NCBI GenBank assembly: GCA_951406725.2
Contig: OX597831.1
Location: 36,394,001 to 36,458,000, forward strand
From: Octopus vulgaris
Lineage: Eukaryota
DNA: 64,000 nt
Direction: 5' to 3'
Positions 24,020 through 35,886 of the stretch are shown here, piece by piece. The notes under the pieces were generated by a model, which had not been told where the DNA came from, ran no database searches, and worked only from the letters and a program-made list of their open reading frames with translations. The position numbers and the translations under genes were made by a program. The first letter of the stretch is position 1. Each line of letters begins with the position of its first letter.

Positions 24020-24020
<1 letters not shown>
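23891..24020 (+). mobile_element. Putative Helitron 3' terminus, copy 2
   Basis: Same sequence as 20947-21075 with small indels; ends ACCGGGAATTACCGGGTATACAAGCCAG|TATATA. Confidence 0.5.
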
Positions 24021-24070
<50 letters not shown>

Positions 24071-24077
24071 TATATAA

Positions 24078-24149
<72 letters not shown>

Positions 24150-26120
24150 TGAAGGCGATGCCCTAGCATGACCGCAGTCCGACGACTTACAAAAAGAAAA
24201 GTTGCATTCCATCCTAAAATACCTATCTCTATACAAATTACATGTCTGTGCATCCATAATATATATTTTATTGTCCATCACAATATCTATTTACCGTACA
24301 ATGGATATATATGTTTAACTTATAGTGATAAATGATATCCATTTCTTTATACTTTCACTATTTGTTTATGTTTGTACATTGATAATATACATTTATCGTA
24401 CACTTATATCTGTTTATGTCTGTACAGTGATTATATACATATTTATTGTATGAGCAATGTCTGTTACTCGTTGAGATTTGTTTTTATTTCTCACATTGAA
24501 AATAACTATCGTACATTAACTATACCTACTTATATCTGCACAACAACCGCACCACACACACACACACATTGCATATAGTGACTATTTATGTCTGTAGAGT
24601 AATTGTATCGTTCAGTCTATCCAATAATGTTTGGTCTTAGGAAAATGACTTAAAAGAAAGAAAAAGCAAAGTGAAAACAGAGAAAATAAACTGACACTTG
24701 GATAATGAAATGGAGGAACGAACAAAAGAAAGAGAGAATGAACAAAAGAAAATCTATTAAAATCATGTTTGGAATCTGTTCAATAGCTACTCATCAGAAG
24801 AAATCAGAAACAAGTAGGCCCGGCGTTTGTCTGCAACTGAGGAAAGACTAACAAGCTTACAAGAGAAGAATGAAAAAAAAATTACGAAAACGATCCAGTT
24901 TTGTAATCTTCAAGCAGTTGTTTATCTGTATCGATAATCTCAGTGTCTCTCAGACAACTAAATAAATAAACGAATAAATCGATAGCTAAAATAAACTTGG
25001 CTAAAACTTTGAACTCGCTGAAAATATCTATGAATCAGAAATTAATCAGTTTAGTATTTAATTTCGGAGAAGGCGGCAAAAAAACACCCCCGAACGGCTT
25101 TCTGATTGGAGGATTTAATTTAGATATATAGTGTTTAGTTGAAAGTTAATTTGACAGATCGGTGTCAGATCTGTAGTGAAATAAACCCCATGAGAGATCG
25201 AGTATAATTGATCCAATTAAATATCCTGCAGTTATCAAGTCAATATTGAGATATGGATGGTGTATTTCTGCATTTCAAACCTTTCTGTTTGAAACCTATC
25301 CATGTCAGTTACTCCACTGCTCTCAAGGGAGAATAATAACTTACGAGGAAGAGATTTGTGATTTCGATACGTAATGGTATGATAGTTATCATCATCATCA
25401 TCATCAACAACAACAACTACAAATGTGAGAGCATCTGACTAAATGATACACGATATCTGTACCAACTCTTTACGTTCAGAGTTTAAATCTCATCGAAGTC
25501 ACCTTTACATTTCATTCCTACGTAGTTGATACGATAAAATACCATCAACTACTTGGATCGATATAATCCTCTAAACCCGGTTCCCCATAATTTTTGGCTT
25601 TGAGCTTATATTAAAATCAGTTAAGAGAACGGTACAGGGGCAGAATCTTTAGAGCATCGGAAAAAAACTTTTTGCAGTATTTGTCCTGGCGTTTTACACT
25701 CTGATTTCAAATACTGCCGAGGTCATCCTTGCCTTACATTGTTTCGCGTCGATAAAATAATTACCAGTCAAGTACTAGGGTGCACAGTATTGATTAATGT
25801 CCGAGTTTCAGAGCCAATTCACAAGAATTTTCCCCTCTTCAGCGATAAATACGTAAGACATAAATGAAACACTTACTCACACTCACGGAGAAAGCAAGCA
25901 CCAAGTCCTGAGCAGACCCAAGTATCCCAAATACATCCAAAACAGAAAATCCTCAGCACATCTCGAGACACGTGTGATTCGAACTAGAAACTTTCACAGA
26001 GTGAGAGAGTCCGGAAGCGAACACTTCTTTCGGCTTGTTTCGAGACACATAAATTATAATGGTTATTGACAATTTTGTCTATTTTCGGCACATTTGTCAT
26101 TAGAATTTTTCTTTTGCCCT

Positions 26121-26194
<74 letters not shown>

Positions 26195-26202
26195 TATTAT
26201 AT

Positions 26203-26415
26203 ACTCTTTTAATTGGTTCAGTCATTTGACTGCGGCCATGCTGAAGCACCGCCTTTAGTCGAGCAAATCGACCCCAAGACTTATTTTTTGTAAGCCTACT
26301 ACTTATTCTATCGTTCTCTTTTGTCAAACCGCTAAGTTACAGGGATGTAAACACACCAGCATCTGTTGTCAAGCGATGTTGGGGGACAAACACAGACACA
26401 AATATATAAACACAC

Positions 26416-26446
<31 letters not shown>

Positions 26447-26606
26447 CGACAGGCGTCTTTCAGTTTTCGTCTACCAAATCCACTCACAGGCTTTGGTCGG
26501 CGCGAGGTTATAGTAGAAGACATTTGCCCAAGGTTCCACGCAGTGGGACTGAATCCGTAGCCATGTAGTTGGTAAGCAAGCAACTTAACATACAGCCACT
26601 CCTGCG
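26203..26606 (-). mobile_element. SINE family B
   Basis: Full-length reverse match. Confidence 0.85.
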
Positions 26607-26607
26607 A

Positions 26608-26620
26608 CTATATATATATA

Positions 26621-26665
<45 letters not shown>

Positions 26666-26921
26666 GTATATATATATTATATATATACTATATATGTATA
26701 ATATATGTATATATAATATGCATAATATATATATACATATATATATATTATATATGTATTATATATATATATTGCATATATAATCAATATATATATGATA
26801 TATATATATAATATATATATATATAAAATATATAATATATATAATATATATATAATATAATATATATATATATAAAATATATAATATATATAATATATAT
26901 ATAATATAATATATATATATA

Positions 26922-26970
<49 letters not shown>

Positions 26971-27020
26971 GTAAAAGAGTATATATATAATATATAATAT
27001 ATATATAATGTATATATAAT
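26608..27020. repeat. Long degenerate (TA)n tract
   Basis: Seen directly. Confidence 0.95.
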
Positions 27021-27025
27021 TGGTT

Positions 27026-27194
27026 CAGGAGTGGAAGTGTGGTATTTAGCTTGCTTACAAACCACATGGTCCCAGGTTCTGTCCCACTGCGTGGCACCTT
27101 GGGCAAGTGTCTTCTACTTTAGCCTCCGGCCGTATAAAGCCTTGTGAGAGGATTTGGTTGACGTAAACTGTAGGGAGCTCGTCGTGTATATATT

Positions 27195-27225
<31 letters not shown>

Positions 27226-27446
27226 GTGTGTGTGTGTGTGTGTATATATGTTTGTGTGTCTGTGTTTGTCCTTCCAACATCGCTTGACTACCGATTCTGG
27301 TGTGTTTACATCTCCGTAAATTAGCAATTCGGCAAAAGGAGATAGAATAAGTACTAGGCTTGCAAACAGTAAATGGGTTCGATTTGTTCGACTAAAGGCG
27401 GTGCTCCAGCATGGCCGAACTCAAATGATTGAAACGAGTAAAAGAA
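27026..27446 (+). mobile_element. SINE family B
   Basis: Full-length match. Confidence 0.85.
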
Positions 27447-27462
27447 TATATATATATGTGAG

Positions 27463-27501
<39 letters not shown>

Positions 27502-27767
27502 ATATATATATATATATATACATATATATACACTTCCTCCTCATCCACCTCACCCTCTTGTGCTTTCTTGTTCCTACCCACCACTACGAAACTCTATAAA
27601 ATGATTAAAATTCCCCACAAAGGAATTATTTTGATTTGAAAACCCCACTAGAATGGGAGAAAGCGCTAATGATCTCAGTGATATGATATATATGTAAAAA
27701 ATGTAATATATAAATAAATATCTGTAAATATAAACCATCCGATCTTCTGATTACCTCATTTCTTCTA

Positions 27768-27850
<83 letters not shown>

Positions 27851-28640
27851 TTGTTTACTGCTTTCGAAATCACCCTGGCTTCTGTTACGCAATTCAGTTT
27901 AGTAACTTTTGTGACTGCCTTTGTTGTGATGTTATCCATTCAATATGGCCTCTCAATTGAGATAGCTGATTCTGAGCGCTTGCAAGTCGTCGTTTTCATT
28001 TTTCTACTCTCAAAAACAAACAAGCAAGCGAACAAACATTCTTTTGTAACACTGTGGGGTATAACTATAGCACTGAAGAAAAGCATGTTGGGGTGGTTAA
28101 CAAATATAATTGTTATCAAACTGGAGCAACTGACTCCCACGACATAACAATCTTCAGTGACAATATATTCAGGGTTGGTAAATAAAAGAAAATGTCGGTA
28201 ATGTCCCGCAGTCGTTTTAACTGCATATACTTCAGCTCATAACAATAGCAATCCTGCGAATCTTTGAAAGAAATCAATATCTCACACTTTAGACGTAATT
28301 ATTTCATAAATATCACGCCACAACGCAGCACCATTACTCCATCAAAGGACTTTCACACCAACATTGAGCTAATATGTTGTATAGCATTTTAGTGAAATCT
28401 CGGCACATTTTAAATTTAACAGCAGTACCTGTTGTATGCGAAGAAGTCTTGATGTAAACTGTTAAGATCAATATTAGGCGAGGGAAGGAGAAGAAGCGGG
28501 AATAAACCATTATTTGCAATGCAAATCTGCATTTAACTAATAATCAATATAATTCATGTGTTCACTCTCTAAAACATCTACGCGGGTAGAGAAAATAATG
28601 AAAGAGGAATTAAAAATAAAAAGGAAAGACATGGGAAGCG

Positions 28641-28725
<85 letters not shown>

Positions 28726-30180
28726 AAGAGATTCAGAAAGTAAATTGTAACTCAGTAAGAAAAATAAATAAGAGCAGAGATGAAACGAAAAATGCATACG
28801 CATATGATATGTAGGCACACGCACATACATACTTTGATAACGATACATGCATACACACACAGAAATATAATAATGTAATACATCATTCAGACACACACAC
28901 ATATAAATATATGCGTGTGTGTGTGTATTATTTATATAAATATGTATATCTGTGTGTTTTGTGTGTATGTAAAGGTTTTTTATGTATGTATTATTGAACT
29001 CTGTCAGAACGAACATTTGTTTTTCTTTATTCACGGTATACAACAAAAATGTTCTATATAAATAACTAGAAAAAAATAAGTTCCAAGTCATCTCGAAAAG
29101 GAGGGACTATATTGTGAAATCACCGTGTGAAAGTATTTTAATAGGAAATAAACATTTCTTTTATACACACTGTTTCAAACGTACAGATTACAACCATCAC
29201 AACATTTTAATTATGATATCTATAATTTGAAATACGCCATCAAAAACTGGAAAGAATAAAAGAGAAGTGAAAGAGAAAAAGAAAAGCATTTATAATCTTG
29301 AAATATATGTGTGATAACGAACAGAAGCCAGCTTCGGGCTTCTCTTTGTTTTCTCTTGTAAATATGCGTAAGAAAATCGAACACACTTGATGTGGAACCA
29401 ACAGCGATTTTCATTCTGTTAGCTCGAGGATACGTTTGTAAGATTCGTTCTAACTGTTGCTGGTATAATAAAAGAAGAGAAGCGAAGACAAAATAAAAAC
29501 AGATAGAGACGAAATATGAAATGAAAACTGGCTTTGGTTTTTATAACACACTGGTGTATAATATATTGTGTTAAACTTTAGCAATTATTAAATATATTGG
29601 ATTGCATGTGTGGTGAAGTGAAGAAAACTGTCTGTAGAAATGAAATTTGTATGAATGTTATATGAAGTGAATGTTATTAGTGAATAAAACTAGAAGCGGT
29701 TTACAGACTTGGTTACATCAAAGGTTTCGTTTCACTTGTCGCACTAAGAGTGCCGCAGCCTAGATGTTGAAATAATTGACAGTTTTTGCTTTTCAGATTC
29801 TACAAATTTTCTTCTAAATGGTAAACTTCAAACAGCTTCCCAGCTAAAGTTAGTGTAGTTGTTATTACAATGAATCGTCGTTATTATTCTAATATCAATG
29901 TTTATTATACGATTACACAAAACCAAAGTAATCCTAATAAATCCTTAAACGGCTGAAACGATAAATTGGGTAGAGACCATAGATTTATACCCTACAACCA
30001 TAACCAATGAAGCAGTGGAGTTTTTGAGGAATTCTTCACAAAAGATAGTTAACTACTGATGTATTTGCAATATCAACATAACAAAAGTTCCAGATTATTC
30101 ATTGATGTTATATATCTGCTTTCTACATTGAATATATTAAACCGACTAGACAATCGGATGTTATAACATACTGTTGGTTA

Positions 30181-30410
30181 GGGCGGCGAGCTGGTAGAGT
30201 CGTCAGCACGCCAAGCGAAATGCTTTGCAGTATTTCGTCTGGCGTTACGCTCAGAGTTCAAATTCCGCTGAGGTCGACTTTGCCTTTCATCTTTTCGGGG
30301 TCGATAAATTAAGTACCACTTACGCACTGGGAGTTGATGTAATTGACTTAATCCCTTTGTCTGTCCTTATTTGTCCCCTCTATGTTTAGCCCCCTGTGGG
30401 CAAGAAAAAT
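30181..30410 (+). mobile_element. SINE family A
   Basis: Full-length match. Confidence 0.85.
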
Positions 30411-31754
30411 ATATATACACTGCTGGTCACAATGCTCATACTCGCATTGTTGTTGCTTTTGAATGATGCCACCCACCCCGAATTGGAAGTCAGTTCGTCG
30501 CGGGGTTACCCATTCACAGCTGAGTGAACTGGAGTGACACGAAAAGAAGTCTTTGGCTCAAGAATACAACATGCTGCCAGTCTAGGCTTGAAATAATGAT
30601 CTTGCAATCATTAGTGCGACAACCCTAATCACTTTGCCCTGCGCCTTCTTCACATCGTACATGTTAATTACTTTTACATCTTTCCGTTTAATAAATTTCT
30701 CGATGATGTCATACTTGCTTTCGTAAAACTAAGGAAGAATCCTCACATGATTTCAATCCCTTTTGAGGTCTATTCGACTTTACTTGTAACACAGGAGGGG
30801 AAAATATACCGCAGAGCCGACATTGAGCTATACAACAACGTGACAAAAAAATGTTATTTTTTATCTCCACTCAGCTCTGATCAACCCTGTCCTATGATCA
30901 AGGATATTCTATCCATAATAACACCGGGATTTTCCTCTGCGAACTCAGAAACGTAGCTAATGTGTCGTCTATAAAGCGGTGACGTACGATTTGAGGGAGA
31001 TTTAGCTCATAGCTTTAGCATTTCAAGTACTTGACTTTGTAGAGGTATTCCTCAGCTGTCAACGACCGCTCGACTTGTTAAATACAGAAACCAAATTTTC
31101 CTCAAATTACAGTGCACCGTCAAAGTAAAGAGACGACATGAAACAGTTTAAAGCGTTTAATCATTCGCTCTAGTACATCCCTTATAAATGCTGTAGCTTG
31201 ACTGGTCCCAAGATCAAAGGTGCCTCAGTTGCAGACAAAAATCATTGTTTTCCAAAGAATGCATCGAGAACAAACTGTATTATGTCCTTCATTTTTGAAG
31301 AGGCAGCATGTCACCATTGAAGTCTTTTATTCTTTCAAAGATATTATGTTCTAATGGCGGCTATTCTTTCAGGTATATGAAGTACTTGATACCGCATTCT
31401 CATTGTTTAATGCGCTATCGGTTTCTTTTTAATTATGTAGAGAAGAAAATGTAGAGGCGCATGATTTAGTGGTTAGAGCGTTGGCTTCATGAACTTAAGA
31501 TTGTGGTTTCGACTCCTGGACAGGGCAAAGAATTGTCTTCTTGAGCAAAACACTTCATTTCATGTTGCTCCAGTCACTCTGGTTGTAAAATTGAGTAATT
31601 CTGCGATAGATCGGCGTCACATTCAGGGAGGAATAAATATATCGACCAGAGAAACCAGAAAACCAGCCCTATGTTCCTTATGGAGTAATGTGGACTAATC
31701 CAGTGAGCAAAATGGAGCTAAAGTAACGGTAAAAGCAGAAATTTCCCCTACAAG

Positions 31755-32535
31755 ATCCAGTTGTTAATGCGGTGTGGAAGCTTGTGCACATGAATAATCT
31801 TGGAGCTGTGCCAGCGGAGCGCAAGATCCTGATAGGGCCGCCCATGCTGGATAAGTCAAAGCTTAGAGGCCAGAACCTCTCCCTAAAGGAAAAAATCGGT
31901 TTGCATAGGGCCAACAGCCATACCTAGAAAAAAGCAAGAGAAAAATTACAGACGTACTGATGATAATTCCAAAGTAAGAAGACCTGAGAGAGAAGAAAGC
32001 TTCCTTCAAGGAAAACGTATTAGTCAGTGCTACAGAATCCGAAAGAAAAAATAGCTGGTGCGGGGATACTGAAGCAGAACAAGAAAAGTAAGGATCCAAC
32101 TGGAGAAAAACAGATGAAACACTCCAGAGTCATGGAAGATGGAGAAAAGTAATCAAAAGCCTTTCTCCATAGAATAAAAAGGGTTTTCAGGAATAGAATG
32201 ATTGGTGATAGTTCAAAACCAACGAAATATGGAAGAGAACAACCTAGAGTAAAGTCATCCGCGAGATATAAGGATCAAAGAACTCAACTAATGAAGCATC
32301 GATGACAATTCCAAACCGAAAAGATCTGAGAGAAGAAAGATTTCTATCAGGAAAACGCAACACACGCGATGCAGCAAAATCCGAAAGAAAAATAGTTGGA
32401 GGCAGGATACTGAGGTAAAGCGGAAAAAAGTAAGGATCCAATGGGAGAGAAGCAGAAAAGTCACCCCAGAGTCAAGAAGACGGAGAAAAGTCGTCGATGG
32501 AGTCTACTTCAAATATAGAAGGAGAAGGGGTTAAG
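31755..32535 (+). mobile_element. RTE-derived bipartite non-autonomous element with a partial tandem duplication
   Basis: RTE-like 5' UTR (CCATGCTGGATAAGTCAAAG...GGGCCAACAGCC) joined to an RTE-like 3' end. 31955-32185 is repeated, diverged, at about 32295-32535. Confidence 0.5.
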
Positions 32536-33876
32536 CAGCAAGAGGAGAATTTGAACACCGATAGACTATCGAACAAATGTTATTAGATTACTTCTCAGAA
32601 TCTTTGAATTCGACCAGAGTGAACTTAACGAAAATAGACAGAAGACGGAAGACAAAATGATTTGTGTAATGTGACAAGATACTAATGGATATAAAAGACA
32701 AAAAGAGATAAGTCTGTGAGAATGAGAATATTGAAAATGAACCAGGTGAGAAATAAATTCCATAATTACATACAGCGCACAGTGTTTGTAAAAGAAGATA
32801 GTAAATGTCATTTGAGAATAATTGAAAATAGATGGCAATATTTAACTAAGTTAAGCCAATGTATCTTACTTTGAGATCTTCTTTTTATTCCTGGGTCTAA
32901 CAATCATTGGTTGTCCTCTCACCACCCCTTTTAACACATGTACATTTGCGTGTAGGTGTATATGTATATGTAAACGGCACTGTACATGAATATGAATGCC
33001 CGAGTACGAGCGACTGGAATGGAAGGAATATATATGTGTATGTATCAGAGAGAAAGAGAGAGTATTTGTTGTTGAGAGAGCAACAACGTGTTTGTGCAAA
33101 AGAGGATCAGATAGACAATGTGTGTATATGTGTGTGTAAGCAGAGATAGAGAGAGAAATATAGAGATTGATGAGGGAATGTTGTATGCATGCATGTGTAT
33201 GGCATGTAAGAAAAAGGGAATGCCTGTGTCCATGTGTATGTGTTTTACGGAGACAGGAGTTTATGTTTTCGTGCATGACTAAGTGTGTGTGTGTGTGCGT
33301 ATGGCGTATGAGAAAAAGAATATGAGAAAATATGAGTTTGTGTCTGCATGCGTGTAGCATGTGTAAAAGAGAGAGAGAGAAAAAATGTATGTGTGTGTAT
33401 GTGTATGTAATTTTAGTGTGTATGTGAGAAAGAAAGCAGGACGGAGACTATGTAAAAATGTGTGCAGATTAGATTTAGCTCATTCGTCATAACCAGCTGA
33501 CTTTTTGCCTTTTATCAATTTATGCAATTTAAGTTCTATCAAAACGATAAGAGAATTCAAATACAAAAAAGAACAAAACAGAATCGACAAAGACGTTAAT
33601 CTTGCGAGAAGGAAATAGCTACATTGTCTTAGAAAAGATCAAAATAAAGATTTTAAATTTTACCTATCACACTGACTACGAAATAGAAAACTTTAATATC
33701 TGAAGGTACTTTTAACACTTTCATTACCTTTAGTCCAGGAATAGGAAATCTGTCATTTTGTAAAAATCGAAAGTAAAAACGGTGAGGTGAGGAAAACGTA
33801 GGAAAGCGGATAAGAAGGAAGTTAAAAAGAGCTCTTGTGAGCACCAGATCTTGTGTTCGAGACATTAGACACAATA

Positions 33877-34047
33877 CTGTTTTATATTTAAGAGATGAGG
33901 AATTATGTACATTATTTACATTTGACGGATATTTGTCCTTATCTTGTTTGTTGCTAACGTTTCGGCTGATATACCCTCCAGCCTTCATCAGGTGTCTTGA
34001 GGAAATTTCGAGCCTGGGTTCTCATTCCTAAGGTATTTTACGATGTT

Positions 34048-34078
<31 letters not shown>

Positions 34079-34235
34079 CAATAATAACAACATCGTAAAA
34101 TACCTTATGAATGAGAACCTAGGTTCGAAATTTCCCCCAAGACACCTGATCAAGGCTGGAGGGTATAACAGCCGAAACGTTGTGTTACCAGCAAACAAGA
34201 TGAGGACAAATATCCGTCAAATGTAAATAATGTAA
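33877..34235. mobile_element. Inverted pair of Penelope pLTRs around (AAT)n, with a 13-bp TSD
   Basis: Minus copy at 33877-34048 and plus copy at about 34050-34235. ATTAGACACAATA occurs at 33864-33876 and 34236-34248. Confidence 0.85.
34141..34186 (+). ncRNA. Hammerhead motif with a core mutation (CTGATCA)
   Basis: GACAC-CTGATCA-AGGCTG...CAGCC-GAAACGTT-GTGTT. The sister copy at 33956-33996 (-) has an intact core but has lost the stem I 3' strand; the copy at 7864-7909 (+) is degenerate. Confidence 0.6.
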
Positions 34236-34262
34236 ATTAGACACAATATTGCTATTATTATA

Positions 34263-34306
34263 CAGTAATCCCTCGACTATCGCGAGTGTTACGTTCCAAA
34301 ACCTCC
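34263..34306 (+). mobile_element. Tigger-like TIR fragment interrupted by a retroelement
   Basis: TA|CAGTAATCCCTCGACTATCGCG...CCAAAACC; resumes as AACCCCCGCG at about 35120. Confidence 0.5.
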
Positions 34307-35119
34307 AACATAATTTTTTATTTCCCACAAGGGGTACACACAGAGGGGACAATATCAGACATGTAGAGACACGAAACAGAGAAAAACAAAAACGTATGAA
34401 AACAAGGAGAGGGAACAATGAAAATGAAAATGCAATGAAGCCCCTCGTCCCCACCTCCGAGCAGCTTCATGTGTACCTTGCTCTTCCTTTTGACATTTGT
34501 TCCCTTAACAATGTCAATTTTGTGTTCCTCTATGAGTTCTATATAGTCTATGAATTGTGGTAACTTAGTTCTGTCTATATTAACTTTCCAATATGTGTAC
34601 TTATACATAAATTTTTTTCACCTTTGCTCTTTGTTCTTCGTTCAACAACAAACACTTGTGCCATCCCTGTTTATTATCATACTTTTTTTGTATCCACAAT
34701 CATTGGGTTTCGCCATGATGTTATTTCATCATTCAGTTCCTCGTTCGTGTCATCGTAAATTAAAGCATAGCAACTTGTTTCCTTGGGCGCGGGAGGGGAA
34801 GTTTTTGAGGGGTTTTGTGTGAAAGTGCTTTTTTGTTTTTTTGTTTTTGTGTCGGAGGGGAGTGTGGAGGTTTGGTGTCTGTAGGCGGAGGATGGGGCAG
34901 AGAAAGTGCGGGTGGGTCTAAATCTATCTGACATTCTTCCTTCTTTTCTCCTTTGGTGTCTTTTACCAACCGTTTCCTATGTATCAGTTTCCTCGTTTTC
35001 CTCCATTGTCACTGATTGCGAAGCCTCATTTTTTGCTGGTTTTACCTTGAGTTCTTCCGAGACTTCCTTGGACGGCGAAGGACAGTCCGCTCTAATGTGA
35101 CCTTTCGGGCCACACTTAT
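34307..35119 (-). mobile_element. 5'-truncated ORF1-only (zinc-knuckle) non-LTR retroelement relic
   Basis: The minus strand begins YKCGPKGHIRADCPS (CCHC knuckle with the first Cys truncated). Colinear with 63030-63808. Ends CCCCTTGTGGGAAATAAAAAA. Confidence 0.7.
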
Positions 35120-35139
35120 AACCCCGCGAAGTGATAAGT

Positions 35140-35345
35140 GACAAAACCACCAACCTGAGACCCCAAAGCCGAGCTGGTGACCAAGATCAAGGAGGTGTCT
35201 GAAGATCTTTCATCGAACTCCGTGAGATATGTGCCAGGTTCTAGTCTTGAAGTCGTGATGGAAGTTGAGAGCGGCTATTTTGAGTAAACTGCTGTCTCCC
35301 AGCTATATCCTAGTTGTTATGTTTTGATTTTTAAAATGCTTTATT
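35140..35345 (+). mobile_element. 3' fragment of a maT/Tc1-like transposase
   Basis: Translates as KAELVTKIKEVSEDL...LEVVMEVESGYFE*, a typical C-terminus. Confidence 0.55.
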
Positions 35346-35592
35346 TTTGGATGTGATATTTTGTGTTTTCCTTTTATGCAATCTGTCAAATTTTGCCCGA
35401 ACACACTGCATATAGTGTCAAAGTGTACACTGCCCATCCACAATTTTAAGAAATCCGTTCAAATGCCATTAACCCTTTATGGTATTTCTTCTCTTTGCGG
35501 TTTTAATTCGTTTAAATTCATTTTCAGTTTAGTATTCAAAGTGTTTAAGCTGGCACTTGACTACACATTATTCATCCTGAAGATTGTTTGTA

Positions 35593-35886
35593 CCTTCTCG
35601 AGCCATGCCTGGCTCATAGGGCCGCTTCCCCGGTTTCCTTGGCGTATAGCTTCCCCACCTGGACGGGACGCCGGTCCGTCGCAGGTGAGCTGTAAGATGC
35701 AGGAGGAAAGAGTGAGAGAAAGTTGTGGCGATAGAGTCAGCAGAAGTTCGCCATCACCTTCTGCCGGAGCCGCGTGGAGCTTAGGTGTTTCGCTCATAAA
35801 TACACACATCGCCCGGTCTGAGATTCGAACCCGCGATCCCTCGACTGTGAGTCCGCTGCTCTAACCACTAGGCCATGTGCCTCCAC
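35593..35886 (-). mobile_element. SINE family D: same tRNA-like head as family C, different 3' half
   Basis: Head GGAGGCACATGGCCTAGTGGTTAGAGCAGCGGACTC, then CCTGCGACGGACCGGCGTCCCGTCCAGG and GGAAACCGGG. Degenerate relatives at about 31451-31690 (+) and 30480-30650 (-). Confidence 0.8.

Noticed and set aside
27851-28519. Hydrophobic ORFs that suggest a membrane protein
   Set aside because: Short, overlapping on both strands, and without family motifs.
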